From Magallana gigas (Eukaryota), in NCBI RefSeq assembly GCF_963853765.1, contig NC_088855.1, positions 8,246,001 through 8,310,000 on the forward strand: a stretch of 64,000 nt of DNA, written 5' to 3'. Below, one piece after another: positions 12,101 through 26,190 of the stretch. The notes under the pieces were generated by a model, which saw only the letters and a program-made list of their open reading frames with translations, was not told the DNA's origin and made no database searches. Made by a program: the position numbers and the translations under genes. How positions within the stretch are numbered: position 1 is the stretch's first letter; each line of letters starts with the position of its first letter.

Positions 12101-14200
12101 ACATAGATATTTTCGTACTTTCGAGCACAATTGAAACCCTAACTTTGCTGACAAAATTAAACTATATGAAACGCTATTGGTTTTCCAGGTTACAAAAAAG
12201 AAGTTTCTTTATGGAGTGATTGACTTCGGCAATCAAAATAAATATGACCACACTTTAAACGTGTACACTTTCGCATTTCATTGATTAGGAGCATAAAAAA
12301 AAGAATTTGCCAAGGTATTTTCTCCATGATAAAATAATATAATATAGATATAAGTAATGTTTCAAGTATGTTTACGTAAAAATTTTACTTTCTCGTTTTA
12401 GAATAAATAAGCCCCATGCATGCTTTTCCATGTTTCCATGTTTGCAGTTAGTTATCTGACTTAAGTCATAACATGAATTTTTAAAACTGTGTAATATACT
12501 AGATATAAAGCTTAAGATTACCACTCCTTATATTCTCTGTTCGATGTACAATCCAATGGCTAACATGTATCTGAATTCCTTATCTACACAATCCAAACTG
12601 TTTTATCATTGAAATTGTAAACAAGGTATATTATCAAACTGAACTGATTTTAAAACAAAGGTGAGAATACCTGTCTGTGTTCCAGGCATTGAGACAGGAA
12701 CCCCACGGTATCTCCTTCGCCACACTGGCGTACATGTAGTATAGACCCCAGGCAAGAATCACTATATAGTATGTACTGCACAGGAAAGATATCAGAAGAG
12801 TGGAGATGCCGATACCTGTCGTAAAAAAATAATCATTCCTGGAAGCTTTGTAAACAATACATGTACTATCCATACAAATTTTTATTGCTATTCGTTGTTG
12901 TGGTTTGGTGTTGATTACATGCTTTGCTATAAGCCTTCGATCACCCCTAAACCGTGACTGTCAAATATAAATGGGATTTGCCACAGTTCTTACTTAAAGG
13001 AAAATTTTATGTTCAAATATAAACTCGATTTAACAAACAGCAACCATTTCATCATAGGTTTTTAAAATGTAACTGACAGAGATATTTGTATACATATTTT
13101 ATAATTGTGAACACAAGTTTTATATAAAGATTTGTGCTGCTTAATAACTAATATCAGATTCCCTCTAATTTAATTTTGAAGACCCTTTGACATTGGGACA
13201 TTGTCACAGTTGCTGCTAAAGACATTTCCACACGAGTGAATTAGAATAATGATTATTATTATATATTTTCAAAGGCGTAAACAAGCACAATAAAAGACAC
13301 ACGTTGTTCAACAAAAAGACGAACCTTGAAACAAAGGGCAGATAATCCAGGACTTCAGTCCTCCCCTGGACATGTACTGACCCAGACCAATCTCTAGTAA
13401 CAGAATGGGCAGTGCTCCACAGAACACCATGATAAAGTATGGAATCAAAAACGCTCCTGAAATATATTAAATAGGAAGAAAAGTTGCGTCTTGAACAATA
13501 AACTGAAGTATATAAAGGCATACTCTGGTGAGCATTTCTGTACAATATTCTATATCTTTTTTTCTGATTACCCTTTATGATTTGATTCAATCATCTTCAA
13601 AGAGAAGTATTAAAATAAAGGAAATATCAATGGTTGTTTACATAATTGTATCGCAGATCAAGTCTATGTTATATGAGTTATTCTAATCGTTTTTCAAATT
13701 TATTTTATTTATCTAATACTAAAATCGATGGGACCCTGTGATTTTACCATTTTGTCAACATAACTTATAAACTGAGTTTATTTTAACAATGACATTGTCA
13801 GTTCCCTTAAATCAAGTTACATGTAGCTAATTTGTAGGATCGGCCCAGCTACCAGCTCGTTACAGACCTTTGTTTCAACAAAACAACACGATTGTATATA
13901 CAAAACACCATGTATGAAAACTCGAAAAATCAATTATCTAACGCAAAAAAAACTCACAACAAAGAAAATATGTTGTTGCTTTAAAAAAATCAAGATTCAA
14001 AGTATTGGGTTAAGTTACATACCTCCTCCGTTTTTGTAGCATAGATATGGAAATCTCCAGACATTGCCCAGGCCAATGGCAAAGCCGATACAGGCTAGAA
14101 GAAAATCAAGCTGACTAGACCATCGGGCGCGCTCCCTCAGGCTTCCCGTCTTTAACTGTTCGATTTCCACTGAGGTCTTCAATCTCTTTTTCTCATCCAT
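108..14200 (-). CDS. SLC6 (NSS) Na+/Cl- dependent transporter, GABA/taurine/creatine subfamily-like, copy A; 3'-partial (last exon beyond the left edge)
   Basis: Coding exons (all GT-AG, phases consistent): 14200-14023, 13456-13325, 12815-12671, 11519-11319, 10943-10811, 4309-4175, 3947-3844, 3698-3574, 3414-3302, 3099-2962, 2249-2147, 464-364, 278-108 (593 codons). Hallmark motifs [61 protein letters not shown] at 14200 in a CCACCATGG context; the ORF-track start at 14209 is a GTG. Confidence 0.95.
1919..2092 (+). mobile_element. Short non-autonomous Helitron-like element (3' end)
   Basis: Ends in a perfect hairpin ACCCGTGC-ac-GCACGGGT (2065-2082), then CTAG (2089-2092) followed by T. Homologous to the 3' ends of the two longer copies at 9144-10657. 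Preceded by (CTAGA)3. Confidence 0.7.
5287..5650. repeat. Tandem repeat, 127-bp unit, about 3 copies (periods 127, 100, 127)
   Basis: The CTGGCAA(C/T)ACATT unit start recurs at 5287, 5414, 5514 and 5641; the middle copy lacks 27 nt. Confidence 0.9.
6308..7140 (-). pseudogene. Decayed, apparently spliced zinc-finger/PHD-finger coding remnant inside the nested element
   Basis: On the minus strand, in order: CGYC (6465-6454), HLECLG (6377-6360), KWLCRTCK (6331-6308), broken by frameshifts and stops. An upstream segment encodes CTIC just before a GTAAGT donor (6933) with a TTCCCAG acceptor at 6625. Confidence 0.4.
8985..9038 (-). repeat. tRNA-derived (SINE-like) Pol III A/B-box remnant
   Basis: Minus strand TAGCGGAGTGG (9038-9028) and GAGTTCGAATT (8995-8985), 32 nt apart; no intact cloverleaf. 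Confidence 0.35.
9144..10657 (-). mobile_element. Two head-to-tail copies of a non-autonomous Helitron-like element (9144-9821, 9822-10657)
   Basis: Collinear similarity between the two copies throughout (for example aatcgctccga, aaaatccaaaaaatccagatgatt). The minus-strand 3' ends read GCACGGGTCCAAGTCTAG-T and GCACGGGTCAAAGCTTAG-T with a subterminal hairpin arm; the 5' end begins TTATATATC. Confidence 0.75.
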
Positions 14201-15811
14201 GGTGGACACTGGTGAGAGCTACAATGTTTGCATACAAGTAAAGTTTTGAATCTTTTATGTTGTATCATTTCATTAATGGAACATGATGACATCTATCTAA
14301 CTGAAGTTCAAATATCGAGTAAATAAAAGGAATCTTCAATTTTGAGAAATTTTAGATTTGAATCCTTTTTTTTCAGAATGCTTGGTAACTCAAGCTTGTT
14401 TATTTAGGGTGAATCAGAGCTTAGTTTCTAGGTAAAAACAATGAGAAATTGTGTTATTAACGGTAATTATACATTAGATATGAACAAAATCATTCAGTGT
14501 ATAACATTTGGGGGTTTTTTTTAATGTCTGTGAGTGAAATATATAATTAATCATTATATTTGGCCTAATTAAATATAATTTCACATCGAATGTCTGGCAA
14601 ATGTTTGAATCTATCATACATTTAATTCAGTTTAATTTGATAAGTATTCTATTAAAGTATATAAGAATGCATGCATTGGATCGAACAGCATCCACAATGC
14701 CTATATATGCTCTCTCCTACAGTCAAGGTATAATACATTTCAATTATGTATGATAGTTGATATTATGAATAGAATTGGAAGGAGGTACAGAACAAGGAAA
14801 AAACTAAAAAAAAATGAAGATGGGGAAAATAATAATAATTAAAAAAAATAACAGTAAAATGTAAACAGATTAATTACAAGAGAAAAAAATCTGTTAAGTA
14901 GAAGAAAAATGAAAATATTAATATCAAAAAATGATAATCGACAGATGAAAAGTTTGTGGAAGAAAAACAAATAGACAAATAAAGAAAAGAAGACAGGGAT
15001 GAAAAGTAAAATTATTGATTATAAAACAATAATAATAATGATTATAAAAAATAATAATAATATACTGTAAAAAAAAAAATCAAATTAAGTTACCCTATTG
15101 ATACAATTTGCATATACAGTGTCTAAATGTTTACATGGCTAACTTGAAAATGTTTGTAGTTTTGATATAAGTATGGATTTTTTCAAATAGCAGTCAGTTA
15201 TTTTGTAATGTTATTTTGTTATTTTCCAAAAAGTAGGTGCTTATTTGTTTAATTTTGGTATGATATTGTCATCCATATACTTATATAGTGATTGCCATTG
15301 TGGGGCATAGAATGAACAATATAAAAAGAAGTGTTTGGAGTCTTCCACATCTAACAGACACTTCTGACATAGTGGTGAATCAAAGAGGTGATGTGAGAAG
15401 AGATCAGCATATCTAAGTTACTACTGTTATTTCTCAATTGACAATGCCAAATACTTTCTAATCTTTTACCATAATTATATAATATATATTTTTGCATTTT
15501 TAGTTTTTTTTAAATAGTAATATTTTAAGGCTGTTCTTAAATGCGTTTTTATTGTTTGCAATTGTGTTTTTGACTTGCATGTAAGGGTAAAGCATTGTAA
15601 TAATTACATTTATAAAGTAATGTGGTGTATTACTACAAAGTGTTTCACCAACCCAGACGAGGAGGTTAAGCTGTCATAGCTAGGCTAAATCTGAAAATAA
15701 CCAAGGAAAAGCAATCCTGTGAGAATGTTCAATTTGAGCACTTCGGATATTTATTTTGACGTGTACTCACGATTTTACGTGTACTCACGAAATCATAAAT
15801 TCAGAATGTCT

Positions 15812-16035
15812 GTAGTATATAGACCCCCATCATAAAGCGTGTCCAGTTTTACTGAGGAGTTTTCTCAACATTTAGCAACATTAGTTGTAACATCAGAAGA
15901 ACTTTTCATCACAGGCGATTTCAACATCCATGTCGACAATCTGAACAATGTGGGCACGCAGAAGTTCCCAAACTATCTTGATGAGTTTTGTACAAAACAA
16001 CATGTTGTTGACACAAGCCACGACAAGGGTCAAAC
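15812..16035 (+). mobile_element. LINE (CR1/L2-like) APE-endonuclease fragment, decayed
   Basis: Frame reads VVYRPPS*SVSSFTEEFSQHL...ITGDFNIHVD...QHV...HDKGQT. YRPP and GDFNIH are APE-domain motifs. In-frame stop at 15833; no RT domain present. Confidence 0.8.
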
Positions 16036-18630
16036 GGTCAACGGTCGCACCGTAAGACATATTACAAATATCAATTCTGTTTTAATATTTTCTCCACTAT
16101 GTTTATATACATCTGACTATTTGTATCTATGTTTATTCTGTATATTGTTTCCTTTTGTACCCAAACAATTTTTGTTTGCATAAACTATATAACTAAACTC
16201 GATCTTGAACTTTGTCCACAAACTATGTCTGCGTAAATATTGCTTTCCTAAAAATAATTTAATCGCATAAAAAACTGACTCTTTAAAGACATTAAAAAAG
16301 CAATTGAATTAGAAAAGTCAATCATGTGTAAACTACATTGATTGGACCTCAAGGTAAAACCTAGATATCGGTGATGGTTGATGTATACTATAAATTACCT
16401 TTGGAAAACTCATTTGAAAGCTTCATATTTTATTAAAATATGAAGATTTGCAATGAATAGTAATTCTGATTTTTTTAAAAATAGCGGCCGATAGATAGCG
16501 AAGTTTGAGTTGTCTAGTATGATTTTAAAAGTATAAGAAATTCTTAACATGCTAGAATATTTCACTAAGATTAATATTGTTATATTCTCTCCAGATAAGA
16601 AAAACATCAACTGTAAAGCGCAAAAAGGTACTTTTTCGGATAATTTTATATTGGATTTGAACTAACACTTCCAAAGTATTTAAATAATCGGAGGGAAATC
16701 TATCTGTTTGAATCAAATTTCTGTGGGAAATACTTTATCCTCTATGAAATACAATTCATCGAATTTTAGAGAAAATTCTACAAGATATCTTGAAACAAAA
16801 TGATTTATTCATTAAGATTTATAAGTTTCTTGTGGGAAATAGATTTTTGAAATTAAAATATATCATCTTTTTGGTGAGCCCCGCTTGAAAAACAAGTTGT
16901 AATGCAATAGATATAAATAGTTATCAATATCACTTGATATGAATGGATATTTTAAGCGGATGAAATTATACAAACTTTGTACTGGCATAGTTATCCGGCA
17001 CAGTGTAAAATCCAATTTCTCATCGCTTTTAATAAACCTTTAATTAAGACATATTAGAAGATGTAAAAGAACAGTATATGCATCACCTAATTGGCCTTGT
17101 CTTTTTATTTTCACTTTTCTAACTGTTCTTAGTCTTAAAATTCCTCTAGATCTGTTCGAGTATGCTTTATTTGATTCAGATTCGTTTAATTTCATAACTA
17201 GCTCCGAAACAAAAACATGAGTTTTTATATGATATTTTATAGAAATTATTATTAACCGAAAAAGAGACTAGATTTGTTTTATAGAAATATTCAAATCAAG
17301 CAGAAAATAGTTACTTTGGAATATATGTAGCATTTATTCATGGATTTATTGTGTTAAGCACATTCTATTCCCTGTTGTCTATCTAAACATGGATGATCAA
17401 TTATGGTTCAACTTCAACCCAATATGGATCACCGCTTGATAAAGTCTATTTTTGTGTAACCAAACGTGGAAGGCTGATATAAATTGTTCGTCAACAGATG
17501 CATCCTGGGATATAACATGTTCAAACCAATCTTAGTTTGTCTATGTATAAGTGTAATACAAAAATGTTTGTTAAATTTCGGTCAGATTACCAGTAGAGAT
17601 GAAAAAAGGACAGGTGTACTCCACAATGACGAACGGTTACATAAATATTCAATATGGACGGAAGTAGTAGAAAAAACAAAACAGTCTTGAAAGAAGTGCT
17701 GTGTCACGACTTCGGATCATTTATGTTTAAAATATCATTATTACAGACAATTTATATTTTGAAAGTTGTGATAATTATTATTTGTGCAGCTTCATTCTGT
17801 CTACGTTCTCATCCTAATTTACTTGGGTGAATGGGTATAGAGTTCAGTCTAGGAATAATAGTTCTCCCTTTGATATTATCTTTTTCTATTCGGATATAAA
17901 TGTTTAAAACTAATTACGCTACCTGTCATATTTTACAGCAAAAAATGGTATGCGCTATTGCGCAATGTTCTATCACTAGCATGTATAGATTTTTGTTCTT
18001 GTCATTTGGATAAACACTACTGTTGTCCATTTTTTGTGTGTCTGAATCGTTCCATACATCTAGTTTATCTCTAATAAAAGTATCAAAATGACTAGATTAT
18101 ATATTCGTGGTCAAAGGTGTGATAATTCTTGAATCTACGAGCTGACAAAATTATTTGTCGCAAGTCGCAAGTTCGATGAAATTAATTATACGATAGTTAT
18201 TTCAGGGATCTTTTTAAGGTTAAGCGGACCTACAGGTCAATATATCTTAACAGATAATATAAAAATATCACTCTCATTCAACAAAGAGTTCCGTGTCCTC
18301 GAAAAATTATCGGAGACCAAATATAACGACCAAGCGTGTAGTAGATAATCATTAATAAGAATTTATGAAATAGAAAAAATTATTCCACGATGGTCCATAT
18401 AAGGGATGCTAGTTTACTCAATAACATGATATCAATTTCTATGCAAGCATATATAAAAATATGAAGTGGGTTTTTTTCAACTTGGATAAATGCCATTGCA
18501 TTGAATCCAAATTAAGTTTAAAGCTATAAAAGTCATTCCAATTCAATTGAGTTTTTTGCTCAAGAAATCTACTTTTACTGCTATTTTCCAATTCTTTTTC
18601 ATTGATCAATATAGATGCTTAAAATCTTAC

Positions 18631-18760
18631 CTTTCAAATGATGTAAAAGAGGAGCTTTCGATTATTTTCTCTTAAGTGTGATGAATTATGCAGACCGTGA
18701 AAGCTGAACGATCGAATGTCTCCCCGTTTCGTGCAACAACATGTTCTCTAAGATGATACA
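18631..18760 (-). other. Candidate non-coding 5' exon of SLC6-A
   Basis: Strong donor AAG|GTAAGA at 18630, and a CAG acceptor 8 nt before the ATG shows that an upstream UTR exon is needed. Start coordinate is approximate. Confidence 0.3.
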
Positions 18761-20028
18761 AACTTTCAAAGCGTTACAAATTATTTAAAATAAAAACTGA
18801 AATTATGAAGACCGTTTAATCCTCACTTTTTAAGCAGGTTTTTGTTTAGACACTCAGTCAAAAAAATACTATTCTTAAATACATATTGTGTGACAATCAG
18901 TGACTGGTAATGTTTATACTCGACGCGGCTATCAAATTGAACTTGATGAAATTTGAAAAGTCACACCAATGAGATTTAATATTGTCCTAAAAACTACAAA
19001 CTGATTTTATTGTTAAAAATATTGCAGGGCCCATTATTCGTATTCTTGATGATTTTTACTTTTTACTACATATTTCTGCTGTTATTTTTGTTTGTGAGAA
19101 CCTGTCTGCATTACGGCTCATTGAAGATTAAACGACATAAACGATCTATTGAGAAGAAATACAACTGCATTCAAGAACCTAATCAACCTTATAAAAATAA
19201 AGAAGGAAAAGAAATTAATATTATTAACAAATGAAAGACGATTACAGATTCAGAAGCTTCAAAGAATAAACGTATTTACTGTTTAATTTGATGGCCGTTA
19301 CATGCAATTGCTCGTCATTTACCGGTTTAATGGATATTGGTTGAAGTAATGTGGATAGAATGCGTTACAACATGTAGAATTTTTAATGGAGGGCATCACT
19401 TTCCCATGGCATATGATATGAATTTTTAAAGGTAAATAGCTCGTCAGTCAGGTGCAAACCACTAAAACCAAAATAGTTATATTCTCTATATTCAATGGTC
19501 TATTATAATGGGAATGTAAAATATCACCTTGGATGGATGCACTGGCATAATTATCAGACAGTGTTTAAAATTCATGCATATCACAACTTGCTATTTCTTA
19601 ATTTGCTCCATATAGATAATTGTCAGGAGATAAATGATTCATAAAGAATCCAACAATTCAGTGTGCTAAAATTTTATTCATGAATTCAAGCAGTGTATAT
19701 ATAGGATTATCCGATGTCTTTTGGATGATTTAAAAACATATAAACAGTAAACAACCTTAAGTAAAGATGCTCTTTAGACAAGCTATTGATGATTTAGCTT
19801 TATTATGCTTGTAAAAAAAATTTCAAACTTAAATTTTGAAAGCCAACAAATGTTGCGGAACAATGAATATTCACTATTATCAATGAACAAAAAACGCAGC
19901 CGAAAAAAAGTTTTACTGGCCAGTTGTTTTTTCAATTTACAGAAAAATAAAAATGGATAATTTAAATCAAATTAAATTTTGTAGAAACCTGATTGTAAAA
20001 AAAGTAGTTAAAGTGTTAATTGTGTGCG

Positions 20029-20032
<4 letters not shown>

Positions 20033-20082
<50 letters not shown>
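20033..20082. repeat. (CT)25 microsatellite
   Basis: Perfect CT run of 50 nt. Confidence 0.99.
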
Positions 20083-20086
<4 letters not shown>

Positions 20087-20999
20087 AAAGGCAAAAATAT
20101 GTCGATTGAATTTTAATGAACATTTATTGTTAACTGACTGCATCAATTTGAGTTGGTCGCTGTGTCAGTTAAAATTATCTTTGGACTCAATGTGCAATCA
20201 ATGATACTGCATGTACTCAATTCAAATGTTTAAAAAATGTAAAACGAGATATAACTAAGCATTCCGCACTGAGTTGTTCGTGTTACTTTTATTGTACTGG
20301 TGTTTTGTATGATTTAATGTTCTTTAAATCCGGGATCGATTTTCGAAGCTTCACAGCTGGTGTAGTCTCTTGCTTAGGTCTTTAAACTACATTGTCTCTA
20401 ACACCTTTACCTGTGGATTAGCATGTAACCTGTATAAAAAGAAGAAAGACATCTTCCATTTGACTACTTATATTGTTTAATAAGCAACATCACAATGCTA
20501 CAGTGGCTATCATGAAGATATTATATTGTATACATTGTGTACAGTAGGTTTTGAGTACAATATCTTTCGACATCCTAGGTTTTCGTCTTATAATAAATGA
20601 GTAACAGTGGTCATAAACATGATATATACCTATAAAAGGAACGAAAAGGGGGGGGGATACATTTGTACATATTGATTGATATATTGATGTAATGCCAAGT
20701 ACTGACTGCTACAATGGACAATCTTTCGTTTTTCGTCAGTTGTATTTTTCAAAAATCCACTCATTTCTGTAAATCGTATCACCTTCATTCCAACAATATA
20801 TAGTCTTTATCTCGCCATTACTAAAATATGAATTGTGTCATTTTGATATCAACACTAGTAATGTATACCCTATTTGAACATGATAACATTATGATAACAT
20901 TACTTTTTATATACAAAGTATATATAAAGATATGTATGTTCCTGGTTACCTTACTACCTTTACTGCGTTTACGGTTTAAGGTTAGGTTAGGAGGGAAAC

Positions 21000-22451
21000 A
21001 TGTCGCTAGAAATCTTGTCACAGGCCAGTATCACACTAATTAGTGCTTCCCTCTCCGTCATTGGAGGACTGGCACTCTTACTGACATACGTGAAGATTCC
21101 AGACTTTCAAACTTCTGTCCACAGACTTCTTGTTTTTCTGACGATTGCTGATATTCTGACTGCTTTTGGATACATCATAGGGACTGTGAACTTTCTCACA
21201 CTGAATGATGATCAGAGGAACACTACAGATCCAATGTGTGAAGCACAGAGCTTCATCACTACTTTCTCTAGCTTATCTTCCTTTGGTTGGACGTCTGTTA
21301 TTGCAATTCATCTGTATCTTCTGATCAGGTCTCATAGAAACTTTGAAAAGGATCGTTTGGTAAAAGCTTGGTACTTTACCATAGGATGGATTTTTCCTGG
21401 TGATGATTTTTTATTCAAATTTTAAATAAGTTGCATGGAACGCTATTTTTTTTTCATTTATTTCTATTCAAAAATTAACATTCGTGCATTTTCTACAAAT
21501 TTTGCTATCAAATAATATCTATAACATTGACTTTAAAATACGGTTAAATATTCAATTTATTCTCTATATAGCAACCATAACCACTGTTGTTTTGGCAATA
21601 AAAAAGCTTGGTAGAGATACCCACGGACAGCAAGCAGGAACTGGCTTATGGTGCTGGATCAAACTTGATTACAAGGACAACAGAATTCACCCAGCAGATA
21701 TACGTCTTATGTTCATATCAGGAAAGCTCTGGGAAATTCTAACATATGTACTGTCATTCTCTGTATACATGTTGTTAAAAATTACCACGTTTTTAGAGGT
21801 ATGACTTAATACACATTTTCCACTGCCTTTGGAATTTACACAGAATGAAGCTTTTTCACTCAGTCAACTGAAATATGACTGAAAGGTAACAAAAAGGTGA
21901 CTGAATTGCATATCTCTGCCATTCAATTACTTTTCCAGAACTTTCAGTTGACATTCAGTTAGCTGAATGAAAGAGCTTAATCATGTGTTATGTATTGTTT
22001 ACCTACATGTATCTCATATGGTTGAAAATACGTGTTCAAATCTATTTACTTCTAGAGACAAAGAAACAGTAACTACAGCTGGGGTCGTGTCAAAGGAACG
22101 GATCTAAGAGACGAAGATGAAAGGTTTTGCTTCACATGGCTCATTCTTTATTTACTGAGACTCTGGGGAACTATAAGATTTTTCTTTGCAATCTCTGGTG
22201 ACGGATCTAATCAAAAAATTACAAATGCGGACAACATCCTTAAATATTTTCATTGTGCTGGGGACTGTGCGCAGGCCTTGGGAAACTTTCTTTTATTTTG
22301 TGTTTTTGATAAAAACGTCAGAAAGAAGTATGGAGAAATATTTCGTAGATACCGTTATGATCGAAATCAAAATGTATTGTTAAATACTTCAGAATCTACA
22401 AATTATCAAACTACATTTCGTATCAGACGGAAGGAAAATGACGCCATGTGA
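21000..22451 (+). CDS. GPR157: GPR157-like / cAMP-receptor (Dicty_CAR)-family 7TM GPCR, copy 1, 340 aa
   Basis: Exons 21000-21399, 21572-21798, 22056-22451 splice in frame (GT-AG) to TGA. Motifs LTIADIL, CEAQSFITTFSSLSSFGWT..IAIHLY, WCWI, SGKLWEILTY, LRLWGTIRF and QALGNFLLF match the GPR157 family. The symbol marks family-level similarity, not proven orthology. Confidence 0.9.
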
Positions 22452-23873
22452 ATCGAACTGACTCCATCTTGTGTATTGTCTTGGAAAGAAATATAAACAT
22501 TAGGTCCATAACGGAGGAAATAAAACTTGTATAAAAAGGAACTAAATTATATGTACCGAACTTAACTTTAATTGTAAAATAATGTCTGAAGGAGTGTGTC
22601 TGATTTTTTTAAATTTAGAATTTCTATACAAAGTAAAGTAACCTCTGTAACAAGGCCTAGCGAACGCATATCATTGAGGGAATAACAATAGTTTCATTTA
22701 TCCCCTTTCTCAAACTTAAAAAAAAACAATGCATATTCAGTAGAAATCTTCCTCTTCGGTGTGAAACTTTAGGATGAAATTGATGACTTACCAGTTCATG
22801 GTTCATGAACGGTTTAATATCAAATCCAAAACTTTTTGTTTATTTTTCGTCAATACATCATGATGGGCCTTCTTTTAAGGTTATTATAATGAATATTGTA
22901 GCACAATATCATTATTTAAACAAACAATTTGTCCTTATATAAACCTGATGAAATAGAAAGTAACAATCTGTATTTTGTGTTTAATTTACAATTTGCATGT
23001 GGTGTTTATTTTCTAACATAAACACTATTTGTTTTTACTAGTTGATTTGTTTGCTATCTATATTACGTTATATCAGTCAACCGTCAGTATATTCCAAATA
23101 ACTTAGATAATTTTTATATTTAGAAATAAATAAGAATGTCGTACATTGTAATCAGTCTCACTATATACTTAGCAATTCAATGTGTAGAAATTTTTGAAAT
23201 TGATAATGAAAGGACAAAATGTACCCCATTGCGCTAAAATGTCACTTTTTAAAAAGATGTAAAAGTGCTATTAGTCTTTCCAATTATAAATTGATGTTGT
23301 TTACCTGGTGCGAACTCGCTTAAGGTGTTCACTATACCTTAAGATGGTTCCTCAAATCAGCAGAAAACGATAGCATGCTGTATGAGAAGAATACAAGTCA
23401 AATAGGCAAAAAATAAGCAATTTTGGGGGTGGATATAATCTTCTACAATTTAATTCAGTAAATATGAATAAAAGCGGGCGGCTTTGAACATTTTAGAGTA
23501 TGAATAATTGCAATGGAAACAATCGAATAACAACCAAATATAATCAAAATCGTTTACTTTTGTAATTTTGTTTTATTTCATCCATTTTATGATATGCAGT
23601 AATTTAAAGTTTTAACAGAACAGTTTGATGTCCTTTATCTAAAAAAATAACAACGCAAGAATAAGTAACTATTAGATTGATAAGCAAATAAAATTTGACA
23701 AAGTCTGAGAAAATAAATTAACTAGTGTACGAGGATAATCAATCTAAAACAGATTTATATCGTGATGACCGTCATTGTATACCGACAAGTCTTTGCCCAT
23801 CCTGCTTCCTTTTATTGTATATTAAACATTTATAAAAACTGACAATATTTCATGTACGGCAAATGTTGATCGC

Positions 23874-26103
23874 TCATGTCCAACTTTGCTGCATTAGTAA
23901 CGCATCATCTTTGTACATCCATTTTTTACAAATTTGATCTGCTCTGAGTTTTGGTACAATCGCTTTCTTGAAACGCTAAAATATAAAAATGTCCTTTTAA
24001 GCTGAATGGTTTGTCTGTCATTGAAAGTATATTTTTAAATGATATTTGAATATGAAAAAACCAACTTTAAGCCTTGTTACTTATTTTTGTTTTGAAAAAA
24101 GGCGGGGGTTGAACACTGTAATCTTAAATCAGTATCATCATCCGTTCATCTTTGCTTAGTTTACTTATATAAAAAAATCTTTTAGTGAAGAAAAATAGAT
24201 ATTTATGATTAAGACTTTCGTTTTTTAATAACTAGGCCAATACACTAATGTAAAGTTTGTCATCAGTACAGCAATAGATCGTCTTCAATATACCGACCTC
24301 TTTAATAGGACCTTCGAGTGTTAGAAGTTTGCCCATCAAGTACAAAGGAATACAACACATGGAAACCAGGGCCAGCATCAGCCCAAACCATTGAGCCCAC
24401 GCAGGGTACTCATATTCGTTCTTGTATTTTAGTGGTTTATATCCGATCACTTGAAATACAAAAATACCCTGAAAAAAAACATAAGTTTGGTTTCCTAAAG
24501 GTTCCACGATGAGTCAACAGAAAGTGATCAAAGAGATGTTCCTTTCGTGTTTTTGTAGTAACTTTTTGGGTTTAAACTTACGGCGGTTACAAGCGGTGTG
24601 ATGTATTTCCAACATATATGGAACCATTTGTTGATTCTGTATCCTATCATTAACTCTATGGCGTCGTAAAACTTTTCCGACTCTATTTGTATGAAACAAA
24701 TCAAATCATTTATAATTTCCGTACATCAAAATTCTAAAAGGTACCGTTATATATGAGGTTGCTTGAAAATCTGAAAGGTATTTAAGATAATAAAGGATCT
24801 GTTTATAAAAATGTATTTCTACTTAATGCATCAAGTCTAAAACCTTACTGACAAAATAAATAAGTAAATAGAAATATTTTTTAACGATGCGTCTAAAATA
24901 TAATAATAGCATAATGTACAATATGATATAATCCTTATCAGATACATGTTGTGCCTTAACTTTATATACATTTACCAAATATCCATCCGATGGCAATACA
25001 TTCCCAAAAGCATACCCAAAGCAGAACCATACCAGAGGCCGAATAGTAGTCATACAGCTGGAAGACGTACATTCCTCCCTAAAACATTGAGAGATGGAGG
25101 GATGCAACAGAAGTAATATGTATGTAGAGGGGTCTTAATAGAAGAGTGTTGTAAACTATAAAACACTTGAAAATGAGGGCGGTACCACTTTTGACTGAAA
25201 GTCCCAGTACCTACTTTCCACGAATAAACAGAATGAATAAACAGCTGTTGAAATTAATTTCATTTTAGGTTTTCTTAATGATTTGATGGTTGTCTTTTTC
25301 TGCATTTTAATCAATGCATGTTTTGTAATATATGATTCATATCTCTGTTCCTGATTGATGTTAGGCAATATGTAATATTTGTAAAAGATTTTATTTTGTT
25401 CCATGTGGTCATATTTGTATAACTTAAGTTCCTTTATATGCCAATTTATTTTGTGTTCTGTTAAGCTCTATAACGAATTAACCATTTAAATGTTCTTGTC
25501 TTTAAAATATAAATTTTGAACTTACCCTAGACACCATTGAAAGACCCATAGTAAACCATAAAAAACACAAAACCACCGTCAGAATCATTCTTCCTTTAGT
25601 CTTATACAGCTGTCGAGGAAACAAGTCGCTTATATGTGCTACCACAGATTCTACCATCACAAACTGAAACAAATCATATTACAAATGGATCCAGTGATAT
25701 TACATAGTGATACATGCCGTATAATCATACATTTAAGTGGCTTCAAGGGTTTAAAACAGTTTCAAACATGCTCTCATAAAACTTTTTCCAATACATACGA
25801 GGATCAAGTCGTGGAAAGAATGTTAAAATATCATTTTCTTGAATGAAATTATACTCCTTATACACTTCTTTAACACTGAGGACTAAAAGGGCAAGGAATC
25901 TTGATAACTAAGCATACATATTTTCTATACGCACAAAGATACAATACCATAAGCAAAAATATTTTATCGTTTTGTAGAATGAAAAAATGACAATAACAAA
26001 CTGTCGACCATCTCAAAAATCCATTAAACGAAATACAAATTCAAAGCAGAGCAACACGGACCTCTATAAAGATAGAAGTAGAAATAATATATCTGTTAAT
26101 GTT

Positions 26104-26190
<87 letters not shown>

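Noticed and set aside
14201-14209. ORF-track starts at 14209, 39123 and 44425 as true initiators
   Set aside because: They are GTG or TTG codons next to splice acceptors; in-frame ATGs lie a few codons downstream.
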